Source of the DNA: an uncultured Actinomycetes bacterium
Lineage (GTDB): Bacteria > Actinomycetota > Acidimicrobiia > Spongiisociales > DATADW01
Assembly (NCBI GenBank): GCA_963824995.1
Contig: CAWGRK010000001.1
Location: 77,094-141,093, forward strand
DNA length: 64,000 bases
Direction: 5' to 3'
The position numbers and the translations under genes were made by a program. Shown here in pieces: positions 19,372-30,401 of this stretch (position 1 is the stretch's first letter; every line of letters begins with the position of its first letter). The notes beneath the pieces are model-generated. The model did not search any database and was not told where the DNA came from. It saw only the letters and a program-made list of their open reading frames with translations.

Positions 19372-20300
19372 GCCAACAGACCACGACTGCGGCGTTGGCG
19401 GCGATCGCCAACCGGCAGCCGTTGAGGAAGAGAATCTTTGGCGAGCATCCCATCGGGTATGTCTTCGTCGGCCCCTACTTCCTCTTCTGGTTGGCCCTGT
19501 TCGCCTTCCCGCTGGTGTTCGCGGTCTACATCTCGTTCCACGACTACTTCTTCGCCGCACCGGGGGCCGTGGTCGAGCGGCCATTCGTCGGTTTCGAGAA
19601 CTTCACCACCGTGCTCGCCGACCCGGTGGCGCAGCGAGCCGCCCTCAATGTGGTGATCTTCGTGGTGATCAACGTCCCACTGACGGTGCTCCTGGGCCTG
19701 GTTCTCGCCGCGGCGTTGAACCAGGCCCTGCCACTGAGGGCCTTTTTCAGAGCGTCCTATTTCGTGCCATACGTGGCGGCGAGCGTGGCGCTGATCGCGG
19801 TGTGGTTGTACATGTTCTCGAGGACCGGGCTCGTGAACCAGGTCTTGGGACCTCTGGCTCCGGATCCATCGTGGCTGGTCAACCGGTTCTGGGCGATGCC
19901 CATCATCGCTCTGTTCGCCACCTGGAAACAGCTCGGCTTCTACGTCCTCCTCTACCTGGCGGCGATGCAGAACATCCCCCACGAGCTGTACGAGGCGGCC
20001 GAGATCGACGGGGCCGGGACGCTCCACAAGTTCCGCTCGGTGACAATCCCCGGTGTCCGGCAGACGACGACCTTGGTGGTGATGCTGGCGTTCATCGTGG
20101 GGGCCAACTTCTTCACCGAGCCCTACCTGCTCACCGGTGGTGGTGGACCGAACGGCGCATCGATGTCGCCGGTGCTGCTCATGTATCAAAAGGGGATCGA
20201 ACAGGGCAACGCCGGCATCGGTGCCGCTATCGGTGTGATGCTCGCCGCCTTGGTCATGACCGTTTCGGCCATCATCTACAGGGTGCAGGGGCGGGAGTGA
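19368..20300 (+). CDS. Sugar ABC transporter permease 1
   Basis: FVGFENF, RASYFVPYV, IPHELYEAAEIDGA (EAA loop). Confidence 0.92.
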   Translation: MSQQTTTAALAAIANRQPLRKRIFGEHPIGYVFVGPYFLFWLALFAFPLVFAVYISFHDYFFAAPGAVVERPFVGFENFTTVLADPVAQRAALNVVIFVVINVPLTVLLGLVLAAALNQALPLRAFFRASYFVPYVAASVALIAVWLYMFSRTGLVNQVLGPLAPDPSWLVNRFWAMPIIALFATWKQLGFYVLLYLAAMQNIPHELYEAAEIDGAGTLHKFRSVTIPGVRQTTTLVVMLAFIVGANFFTEPYLLTGGGGPNGASMSPVLLMYQKGIEQGNAGIGAAIGVMLAALVMTVSAIIYRVQGRE

Positions 20301-21231
20301 TGACCGATCCCCAATGACGATCGTGTCCGACACTCGACCGAGGTCGCCGAGAGCAGCGGCCGGGAGACAACGACCGCCGACCGCCCCGGCGGAAAACGTT
20401 TCACCGTCGGCCGGTCGTCAGCCTCATCTTGCTCCTGATCGGGGCACTCGTCTTTCTATTCCCCTTCTGGTACATGGTCGTCGGTGCATTTCAGGCCCAA
20501 CCAGACCCCACCGTCGCCGGTGCCTTTCCCGACCCGAGCACTCTCACCGTCGACAACTTCATCGCCATAAACGAACGCCTCAATCTGTTGGTCACACTGA
20601 GGAACTCGCTGATATTCACGCTGGGTGTCATCGTTTCCACTCTCGTTCTCGGGTTGCTCGCCGGCTATGCCCTCGCCGTCCTGAACTTCCGTGGCCGAGG
20701 GGCGGTCTTCGGGATCGTCCTTCTCAGCCTGATACTCCCATTCCAGCTTCCTCATGATCCCCCTGTTCGTGATGATCGTGCGCGACCTATGGACTCGCCG
20801 ACAGCTTCCTGGGGATGATCCTCCCCTTCGCGGTGAACGCCACTGCGGTGTTCATCTTCCGCCAGTTCTTCCTGGCGGTCCCCCAGAGCCTCTTCGACGC
20901 GGCAAGGGTCGATGGCGCCGGCGAGCTGCGCATCCTGCTCCGGGTGGCGGTTCCCATCGCCCGACCGGCGATCCTCACCGCGGTGCTGGTCACCTTCATC
21001 GGGCCATGGAACGAGTTCCTCTGGCCGTTCCTCATCACCAAGCAGGCAAACCTGCAGCCGCTGGCGGTGGCGCTGGCGAACTTCATCTCCAGCGTTGCCG
21101 GCGGCACCGCCAACCCGATTGGTGCCATCCTGGCGGGAGCGACCGTGCTGGCCATCCCGGTGGTCGTCCTCTTCCTCGTTTTCCAGCGCTACTTCCAGGC
21201 ATCTGACCTGGGAGCAGGCGTCAAGGGTTGA
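20300..21231 (+). CDS. Sugar ABC transporter permease 2 (frameshifted)
   Basis: FLFPFWYMV, LRNSLI, FIFRQFF..VPQSLFDAARVDGA, WNEFLWP. Confidence 0.9.
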
Positions 21232-22326
21232 ATACGACCGCCGCCACCGGGGACGGTCGCCCGGACGCCGGGTACCGGTTGGATCGGCGGGGCGTGCTGA
21301 TGCATCCGGTGGCCGACGATCCCGTCCAGCAGTGGGGCGTGCTGAACCCGGCTGCCGCCCGGGATCGAAAAGGCGACCTCTGGGTGTTTCCCCGTCTCGT
21401 CGCCGAGCAGAATTTCTCCCGCATCGGACGAGCAAGGGTCCGATCCGACGTCTCGGGCGACCCTGTGGGAACCGACCCGCCGAGCATCGTGCTCGAGCCC
21501 ACCGAGATATGGGAGAGGAACTCGCGGACCGCCGGCGTCGAGGATCCCCGGATCACCTGGATTCCAACTCTCGACCGGTATGTGATGACGTACACGGCAT
21601 ACGGGCCGCTCGGGCCGCGAATCGGCTTGGCGCTCTCGGCCGATCTGGAGCAATGGGACCGTCTCGGGCCGCTGCGGTTCGATTACGAGTCTGGATTGCG
21701 TACCGATTTCGGCCTCTACCCGAACAAGGACGCCATGTGGTTCCCGGAACCGGTCACTGCCCCGGACGGGTCCTCCGCATACGCCATCATCCACCGACCG
21801 GTCTGGGATCTGTCCGAGTACGGCCTCCTCGGCTACTCGGCCCCGCCCACCGGGGTCGACTGACCACCGGCCCGGCATCTGGGTGTCCTTCACCGAGGTG
21901 GAACGGGTCGCCGAGGACGTAACCGCCTTGACCAGGGTGGGACAACACCGCCAGGTGGCCACGAGCGAGCAGCCCTGGGAGTTGATCAAGATCGGCGGCG
22001 GTACCCCACCGATTCGCACCCCCGACGGCTGGCTCACGCTGTACCACGGCGTTGCCGGCATCTACGAGCCAGGCAGTGACCAGCAGCAGAGGCTTCAGTA
22101 TGCGGCAGGGGTGATGGTGCACGACATCGAGGACGTGACCCGGCTTCGCTACCGCTCGACCGAGCCGCTCCTCGAGCCGGAGACCAACGAGGAACAGGAG
22201 GGGATCGTGCCCAATGTGGTCTTCCCCACCGGGATCGACGACCGGGGCGAGGGTCGGGCGGACGTCTTCTATGGCATGGCCGACAGTCGGATCGGCTGGG
22301 CTCGGCTCACCTACCCGTCTGGCTGA
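21228..22326 (+). CDS. GH130-family mannoside phosphorylase/glycosidase (indel near 21860)
   Basis: GVLNPAA, GVEDPRIT, YVMTYTAY, NKDAMWFPE, KIGGGTPPI, YHGV, NVVFPTG, YGMADSRIG. Confidence 0.87.
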
Positions 22327-22335
22327 GGTCCATAC

Positions 22336-23797
22336 TTGGAGCCTGGTGTTCTCCTTCGACCTGAGAGGCTGGAGGAGATCTCGCATCGAGTGGAGGTCCC
22401 GACCTACGACCGTTCCCGGCTGCGACGAAGCATCGTCCACATCGGTGTAGGCGGATTCCACCGCTCGCATCTCGGCTCGTATGTCGACGACCTGTGCCGG
22501 GCCGGCCACCGGGACTGGTCGATCGTCGGCAGCGGCGTGCTGCCGGGCGATGCCGCCATGGCGGCGGCGCTCGGCGGTCAGCATTGCCTCTACAGCCTCA
22601 TATTGCGCGGTCCCGATCTGACTCAGGTGCGCATCGTCGGGAGCATCGTCGATTACGTCCACGCTCATCCCGACCCGACCAGGCTCGTGGAACGGATCTC
22701 GGATCCGGACACCCAGATCGTGTCGCTCACCGTGACCGAGGGCGGTTATCCAGTCGAGGAGGACCGGTACGACCCGGCGTCACCCATGGCGGGAGAGGCT
22801 TCTGCCTTCGGCATCCTGGTCGCCGGACTCGCCCTCCGGCGGGCGCGCGACTCTGGTCCGCTCAGTGTCATCAGCTGCGACAACATCGTGGCCAACGGTC
22901 ACGTGGCACGCACCGCCACCCTGGGCGAGGCCGAGAGCATCTCTCCTGATCTGGCGGCGTGGGTCGAGGGCGAGGTCGCCTTCCCAAACAGCATGGTCGA
23001 CCGGATCACCCCGGCTACGACCGACGCTGATCGCACATGGCTGCTCGACGAGACCGGTGTCGTGGATGCGTGGCCGGTAGTGGCCGAGCCGTTTCGACAA
23101 TGGGTGATCGAAGACACCTTCGCTGCTGGGCGGCCCCCGCTGGAGGACTTGGACGTCGTGGTCACCTCGGACGTGGAGCCGTACGAGCAGATGAAACTCC
23201 GCCTCCTCAACGGGAGCCATTCTGTGCTCGCCTACCTGGCGGCGCTGCGCGGATTCGACCAGGTACACACGGCCATGTCGGACCCGCTCCTCCGTCGCTA
23301 TGTGCGCGCCTTCCTCGATCGTGAGGCGGCTCCGGCACTTCCGGTCGTGCCCGGCATCGATCTCGAGGACTACAAGACCAAGATCATCGGACGCTTCTCG
23401 AACCCAGCGATCGCCGACCAGATCCCCCGGCTGTGCCGCGACGGCTCCGCCAAGCTCCCCAAGTTCGTGCTTCCGACGCTCCGCCAACAGCTACAGGGCG
23501 GCGGCCCAATCGGTCTGACCGCTCTCGCCCTCGCCGGCTGGTGCCAGTACCTGGTCGGTGTCGCAGATGATGGATCGGCGATCGAGCCTGCAGAGGATCC
23601 CCATCTCGAGACGGCACGCCAACACGCTCGGGCATCGATCTCGGCCCCTGCTCGGTTTCTCGAACTTCCGGGCGGTGTTCGACGATGACCTGGCGAAGGA
23701 CCGGCGGCTCGTCGACGCATTCTCCGAAGCTCTCACTTCGATCCGAAGGAGAGGGACACAACTCCGCTATCGAGAGCGCCCTGAAGCACACCGATGA
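22336..23797 (+). CDS. Mannitol dehydrogenase family protein (C-terminal indel)
   Basis: IVHIGVGGFHRSH, SLTVTEGGY, SCDN, FPNSMVDRITP, EPFRQWVIED, KLRLLNGSH. Confidence 0.92.
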
Positions 23798-23918
23798 AGC
23801 CGGTGCGCAATTCGGATGAACCGGCCTGACCGGTCGCTCAGTGTGCCAGCGCGCCTTCGAGGAAGCCGATCACGGTCGTCTGTCACCGTTACTTGCGATT
23901 GCTGGGTCTGTGCGCCGA

Positions 23919-25016
23919 TCAATCGTCGAAGGTGTGCTGAGCGAGACCGAGAGGCAGGAGTGGGGCGGGGGCACAGCTCGTGGTGAGGTCCACCCTCTGC
24001 CCGGTCTCGGCTGAATCGATCGATGCCGTCATGATTTCCAGGACATGCAGCGCCAGCACATCGGAAGCCCGATGTGCTCGTCCGCTGCCCATCGCCCACA
24101 GCATGTCCGCCGCCCCGATGCCCCGGCGCAACGGCAGATGCGTGGTACGCAGAGGGAGGTTCCGCCACCGCTTCGACCCGACTGCCCGTATCCGCACCGG
24201 GCCGCCAAAGGTGTTGGGATCGGGCACGGCCAGCGTCGCCTCGGTGCCGTAGATCTCGAGATTGCGGTATTGGGTCGCCGCCACATCGAAGCTGCTGACG
24301 AGGGTGGTGATCGCGCCGGATGCGAACTCGACGATTGTGCTGACGTGGGTGGGTGCCTCAACATGGATCATGACGCCGCGGCGCGGTTCCGAGAGGATGA
24401 GACGCTCCGTACGGGTGACCCGCGCCGCAGCGCTAACCCGTCGTGCCGGTCCGAGCAGCTGGACGAGTGCGGTGAGGTAGTAGGGACCCATGTCCAGCAG
24501 GGGTCCAGCGCCCAGTTGATAGAAGCTCCCTGGGTCGGGATGCCAGTGCTCGGGACCCGGCCCGAGGATGAAGCCGTTCGCCGCCACCGGCTCCCCGATC
24601 AGACCCCGTTCGACGATGTCGCGGCAGGTCTGCAGACCAGGGCCGAGGAAAGTGTCCGGGGCGCAGCCGAGCCGGAGCCCCCTCTCCTCGGCGGCATCCA
24701 CCAGCGTCTTGCCGTCGGTGAAGTCGACACCGAGCGGCTTCTCGCTGAACACCGCCTTTCCCCCCTGCAACGCTGCCCCGGTAACGGCGCCATGTGCCTT
24801 GGGAGGGGTGAGGTTGATCACCGCGTCGATCTCGTCATCCGCAAGGAGCTCGTCGAGCGGAGCTACTCGGGGAATGTCATAGCCCGCCGCCAGCTCGGCG
24901 GCTCGATCCGGCACGCTGTCCGAACAGGCCACCAAATCGATGAAGTCGATCTCATTCAGGGTCGTGGCGTATGTCGGCGCGATGACGCCACATCCGATGA
25001 TCCCGACGCGTTTCAT
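23919..25016 (-). CDS. Gfo/Idh/MocA oxidoreductase
   Basis: VGIIGCGVIA, SEKPL, APDTFLG, WHPDP, GPLLDMGPYY. Confidence 0.92.
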   Translation of the reverse strand: MKRVGIIGCGVIAPTYATTLNEIDFIDLVACSDSVPDRAAELAAGYDIPRVAPLDELLADDEIDAVINLTPPKAHGAVTGAALQGGKAVFSEKPLGVDFTDGKTLVDAAEERGLRLGCAPDTFLGPGLQTCRDIVERGLIGEPVAANGFILGPGPEHWHPDPGSFYQLGAGPLLDMGPYYLTALVQLLGPARRVSAAARVTRTERLILSEPRRGVMIHVEAPTHVSTIVEFASGAITTLVSSFDVAATQYRNLEIYGTEATLAVPDPNTFGGPVRIRAVGSKRWRNLPLRTTHLPLRRGIGAADMLWAMGSGRAHRASDVLALHVLEIMTASIDSAETGQRVDLTTSCAPAPLLPLGLAQHTFDD

Positions 25017-25772
25017 TGGCGTGCCTGAGACAGGCCCCCGTCCACCAGGAAGTGATAGCTGCGCTCCACAGCTTCGAACATGTCGGTGTCACACCGATCG
25101 AGTTCGACGATGTGCCATGCCACCGCCGGATTGGCGGCGAGGATCGACGGCATGTCGAGAGCGCCTTCCCCGACCGCAACCATGGCGCTCTCGGGGTGGT
25201 CGGCAGGACCGTCCTTGACGTGGAGCAGGCGGACCCGGTCACCAAGGTCAGCGACGAGCCGGGCCGGGTCGACACCCCCGACACGGGCCCAGTACACATC
25301 TACCTCGCAGAGGACGCTCGGGTCGAGGTGCTCGACCAGGTGGAGCAGCGCCGGCCGCCCGTCGATCGGCTTCATCTCCCAGTGGTGGTTGTGGTAGCCG
25401 AGCTCTCCTCCCACGGCCCTGACCCGTTGGTTTGCCTGATTGATTGTCTCGGCTGTGCGCCGGACCGCATCCAGATCGACGAAGCCTTCTGGGGGCAGCG
25501 CCGGGATTATGAAGATGGTGGCGCCTGCCCGCTGATGTGCCTCGATATCGGCTTCGTATGTGTCGTCGTCCCTGAGCCCGACGTGAGCGCTGCACAGGCG
25601 TAAGCCTGAGTCGGCCAACATCGCGGACATCGCCTTCGGGTTGACGACCAAACAGTCCGGCCGACTCGACGGCGACGAACCCGATCGTCCCAAGCCGCGC
25701 CAGTGTCCCCTCCGGATCCCGTGTCGCCACATCTCGCAGCGTGTAGAGCTGCACCCCGATCTGGGCCTGCAA
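25013..25772 (-). CDS. Sugar phosphate isomerase/epimerase (TIM barrel), frameshifted
   Basis: QIGVQLYTLRD, LGYHNHHWE, EVDVYW, LLHVKD, IVELD. Confidence 0.88.
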
Positions 25773-25865
25773 CGAATCTCCTTGGACTACCCCGACAGTG
25801 CGGGCGATGGCCAGCGAACATTGTGCCACGCCGCGTATGGCGTCGAATGACACCCCGACCAGGTT

Positions 25866-27146
25866 CTAACCGAACGCCCGGTGCAGGAAGGCGGCCATTT
25901 CTTCGCGGGTCACCGGCTCGTGCGGGCAAAACTTCGTTCCGTCGGCGACACAACCCTTGGTGATCCCGGCGGCAGCCAGGGCGTTGATGTTGGGCTCGTG
26001 GGGTCCCGAAACGTCGCCGAAGACGTCTCCCGGGATCGGCTCGAGCCCGAGCGCTCTGACGAGAAGCGACGCCATCTGACCACGGCTGACAGTGTCGTCG
26101 GGACAGAAGATCTCGTCGCCACAGCCGTTGCTGATTCCCGCCTCCGCCAACCGGTCGATGTTGTCCTCGTGGGCGTTTTGCCCATCGTCCTTGAAGTAGT
26201 CGCGGCCGGCTTCAGGGAGATGGAGTGCGCGACTCAGGAAGCTCGCCATCTGGCCCCGGCTGACAATGTCATAGGGACAGAACAGTGTGCCCTCGAGGTT
26301 GCAGCCGAGGGTGATCCCCTGCTCCTTGACCCAGGCAATGTCCTCGGTGAAGGTGCCGCCGCTGGGGACGTCGGCGAAGGGCCCCGGTGGCATCGGCGAT
26401 ACCCCGCACTGAGGAAGGACTCGGAACAGGTAGTCGTCGTGATGCTCGGCGAGGAAGAGCCGGACCGCCTCGATCGTCTGCGACTTCCCCTCCGAATTGT
26501 GCAGGATGATGATGTCCCCGCCCCCCATTTTCTCGAGATCGGCGAGGATCGACGCCACCCCCGGCAGTTGCCAGTCGTATGGGTCGATGCTCCACGTCCA
26601 TTCCCGCAGGCCAAGGGCGGCGCCGTCGGCCCGGACCGAGTCGTTGGTGGCCCCGAACGGCGGTCTGTAGCACCCGAGGTTGATATCGGGGTCCAGCCGG
26701 TCGTTGACGAACTGGTTGAGCTGTTCGAACTGGCTCCTTCGTTCCGACGAGCTCATCCCGGTCATCAATGAGTGGTGGCAGGTGTGATTCCCGATGGCGT
26801 GTCCTTCGTCGATGATCCGCTGCATCACCCCGGAGATCGGTTCCTTGCAATTCACGAAGAAGGTGACCCCAACCTCCGGATACTGAGCAAGCACATCGAG
26901 CAGCACCGGCGTCAGGCTCGAGTTCCCATCGTCGAACGACAGAAACAGGTTCGGTTTGGAGCCGATGGTTACAGCGACCCGGCTGTTCTCGGGCAGGAAG
27001 TTCTGGGGAACCATCGGCGGAGGCCCGAAGAGGTCGCGATCCTCTTCCTGGTAGACCGTTTCGTCATCGGGTGCGGCTGCCGGCTGCGATGTCGCCGTCA
27101 CCAGGACAGCGAGCACCAACATCGGCCCCATGACATGCGTGTTCAA
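25866..27146 (-). CDS. Secreted NodB-type polysaccharide deacetylase with C-terminal 3xSLH
   Basis: LSFDDG, GNHTCHH, YRPPFG, DPYDW, IILH; RGQMASFLSRA SLH repeats. Confidence 0.88.
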   Translation of the reverse strand: MNTHVMGPMLVLAVLVTATSQPAAAPDDETVYQEEDRDLFGPPPMVPQNFLPENSRVAVTIGSKPNLFLSFDDGNSSLTPVLLDVLAQYPEVGVTFFVNCKEPISGVMQRIIDEGHAIGNHTCHHSLMTGMSSSERRSQFEQLNQFVNDRLDPDINLGCYRPPFGATNDSVRADGAALGLREWTWSIDPYDWQLPGVASILADLEKMGGGDIIILHNSEGKSQTIEAVRLFLAEHHDDYLFRVLPQCGVSPMPPGPFADVPSGGTFTEDIAWVKEQGITLGCNLEGTLFCPYDIVSRGQMASFLSRALHLPEAGRDYFKDDGQNAHEDNIDRLAEAGISNGCGDEIFCPDDTVSRGQMASLLVRALGLEPIPGDVFGDVSGPHEPNINALAAAGITKGCVADGTKFCPHEPVTREEMAAFLHRAFG

Positions 27147-30100
27147 CTCGAATCCAGCACGTCACGAGCCACGATCAAGTCGTGCTCGTCGAATCCCTCC
27201 GTGAAACCGGAGAAGAGCTCAGCGAGCTCGGCGCTGCCATCTGGGAGCCGGTCCAGCTTCCGGCGGAGACCGACCAGCCGGGTCAGCGCCTGGAGTTCGA
27301 GGAGGTGAAGCCCTGCGGTTCTTGCGGCCCGTATCCCCTCTTCGTAGGCCGTCTCGGCCCCAGCGATGTCTGGTGGTGACAGCATGAGGAGAAAGTCGCC
27401 CCTGAAGGTGAGGAAATCGGGCGGAGCCGTCTCATAAGGTGCTCCAATCTCTATTGCTTCATCGACCAGGACGAGAGCCTGCTCGGGCCGACCTGCCAAG
27501 GCGTGGGTCAGACTTCTGACCCCGAGCAATTGGGGCCAGAACACCGGTGGGGTAGTCAGGCCCTGATAGAGGTCGATGGCGGTCTCGGTCATGGCTAGCC
27601 CTTCATCGATCCGGCCGAGAGCGGTCAGCGACACTCCCTCCAGAACCGTGGCGAGCGTCCGCCACACCACGTAGTCGTTGTCCTCCGCCACCACAGCAAG
27701 CTCGTGCGCCTTTTGCGCACACTCGTCGAAACGGCTCCTGAACAGGGCGAGGAGGCCATTGTGATAGAGGGCGAAGGCGATGCTGTAGGGATGGTCGAGG
27801 TCCCGGGCAATCTCGAGCGCCTCGGTCAGCCGGGTCACAGATCGCCCCAGAGCACCGCACTGCCAAAGGATGAGGCCCGATGCGACCCGGGCCGATACGC
27901 CTGTATTTGGCCCTAGCCGAAATCGAGTCGAGCCGTGTACCCGAGGATCGTGGAGCTCGATCGCACGGTCGAGATGGGGTAGACCTGTTTCGAGATCACC
28001 GCTGAAGCTGGTGGCTGCTCCATAGACGTAGTGGCCCTCGATCCGTATCGAGTCGTCATTCTCGCTTTCCCCCAGATCGAGCAGCCGTTGCCCGTACTCG
28101 GTGGCCTTGCTCGAAGTTGGCAACGCCCATGTAGTAGGTGGCAAGGGCACGTAGCACCGGATACTGCTGCGCCGCCGTACCTGCGGCCTGCGAAAGCACC
28201 AGGGCTGACTTGAACGCTTCCTCGACCTCCACGCCGTAGCCATGCACCGCCATCGAGGCGCGGGCCAGACTGGTGCGCAGGGCCAACTCCTGGGCGGCGA
28301 GCTCCGGTGAGTGACCGACCTTGTCCAGCACGTCGAGCGCATCGGTGGCGAGCTCCATGGCGGCGTGGTACCAACCCTTGGCCTCATGGAGCGCCCACAG
28401 TCCGTCGACGAGTTCGAACACCTGCTCCAGATCGGCTCGGTCGACCCAGTAACGCCAGGCGGTCCTCACGTTGCCGATCTCCAATTCGAGGTCGGTGAGG
28501 GCAGCCTCGCGTCCGGCGCCACGGAGACGCTCATGCAGCTGCGCGCCGAATACGGAGTAATGGACGGCGTGGGCCCGGCGCACCGCCTCGTCCTGTTCGG
28601 GGTTGTCGGCCAGCCGGGCTTCGGCGTACTCCCTGATCGTGAGCAACATGGAGAAGCGCTGCGAACCCGCTCTCTCAATCGCTCGAACCAGGCTCTTGTC
28701 CACCAGCGAGGCGATTGAGTCGACGAGCGGAATTTCCCCGAAGGCGGTGGCGGACACCGCCTCCAAAGTCGGGAGGTCAGCCGTCGTGAACACCGACATC
28801 AGTTCGAAAATGGACCTCTCGCCGTCGTCGAGCAGCTCATAGCTCCACCCGATCGCTGCCCACAGGGTGCGCTGCCTGTCAGGGAGGTCCCGTCCCCCGC
28901 TGCCCAGAACATCGAGCCGGTCGCGGAGACGGGTGAGCAGGTCGGATGGCGTGAACACGTTGAGCCGGGCAGCAGCCAGCTCGATCGCCAGAGGCAGACC
29001 ATCGAGACGAAGACAGATCTCGGCGACATCAGTGGCGTTCTCGTCGGTGACGACGAACGCGGGACGCACCGCCCGGGCTCGCTCGCTGAAGAGTTGGACC
29101 GCTTCGGACTCGGCGATGGAAGCCGTCGAGTCCTTGGGATGGGGCAGGCCGAACGCAGGGACGGGGAAGACGTGCTCGGCCCTCACCCGTAGGGTCTCCC
29201 GGCTCGTCACGATGATCTTCAGATCGGGCGCCGCCTGAAGCAGCTCGGATACGCCGACTGCGGCTGCGGTCACCTGCTCGAAGTTGTCGAGGACCAGGAG
29301 CATCTGGTTGTCTCGGAGCCGTGATTTCAGGATCTGGAGCGGATCGCCACCTCCTGAAAGCGGAAGATTGAGCGCCCTGACCACCGCCTCGAAGGCGGCA
29401 TTCGGATCACGTCTCGGCCGACAAGTCGACGAAGAAGACTCCGTCTCGAAAGTGGTCCATCTGCTCGGCGGCGACCTGCAGCCCGAGACGGGTCTTGCCC
29501 GCTCCTCCAGGTCCGACGATGGTCAACAACCTCGTGCTCCTGGACTCCAGCATCACCTCGATCGCCGCCAGTTCGTCGGCTCGTCCCAGGAACTCGGTGG
29601 TCTGCTGCGGGAAGTTGTGGGGCCTTGCCTCGAGGGTGAGTAGTGGCGGGAACTCGGACTCGAGACCGTCTTGGACCAGTTGGTAGAGGTGCTCGGGCAG
29701 CGTCAGGTCCTTGAGACGATGTGCGCCCAGGTCACGCAATTGCGTGCCCTGTGGCAGCTGATCCTCGGCCATCCTGGCGGCGATCGCAGATAGCAACACC
29801 TGTCCGCCGTGACCGGCGGCCATGATGCGGGCAGTCCGGTTCATCGCGGGCCCGAAGTGGTCACCATCACGGTCGTCCGTTTCACCGGCATGGACCCCCA
29901 TCCGTACCCGCAGGGGTCCCGTGGCCCCCCAGGCCTCGGAGCCGAGAGACTTCTGCGCCTGAGTCGCGGCACCCAGGCCATCGACCACCGAGTCGAAGAC
30001 GGCGATCATGCCGTCGCCAGTGGTCTTCAGCACTCGCCCTCCGGACCGCTCCACCGCGTGCGCGGAGGATCGAGTCGTGTCGAGCCAGCGCCGCCGCCAT

Positions 30101-30205
30101 CTGATCGGGGTGCTCCTCCCAGAGCCGCGTGCTCGCTTCGATGTCTGTGAATAGAAACGCCTGCATGTGCTGCGCCTTCGCTGTCTCGGAATCTGTCGTG
30201 GACAA
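27143..30205 (-). CDS. Class III adenylate/guanylate cyclase + P-loop ATPase (STAND) + TPR-like protein, frameshifted
   Basis: FLFTDIEAST, GDG, VRMGVHAG, NRTARIMAAGHGGQ; GPGGAGKT; LLVLDNFEQ; LDGLPLAIELAA. Confidence 0.9.
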
Positions 30206-30401
30206 GCGTCTCTGTTCCGGGCGGTGCCGCGGGAAGGACTGGAACCCCAGCAGGCTAAGCCGACAGCTCTGTACCAGGGCGGTACCAAGCGCCAATGACT
30301 CCTATTTGGCAGCATCCGCGCGGTCTGGAGTAGCAGACGCCTGGGCGAGGATCGTCGACTCGATCTCGGAAGGGTCGACCTCACCCGGCGCGTGGCGCGC
30401 G

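Noticed and set aside
18039..20300. 753-aa solute-binding protein/permease fusion
   Set aside because: Removing one base near 19345 restores ...AITQLASE* with an ATGA overlap at 19368-19371, so these are two ordinary genes.
30129..30401. N-terminal extension of ThrE overlapping the cyclase start
   Set aside because: It overlaps the divergent gene and its promoter region; the true start is probably at or after 30402.
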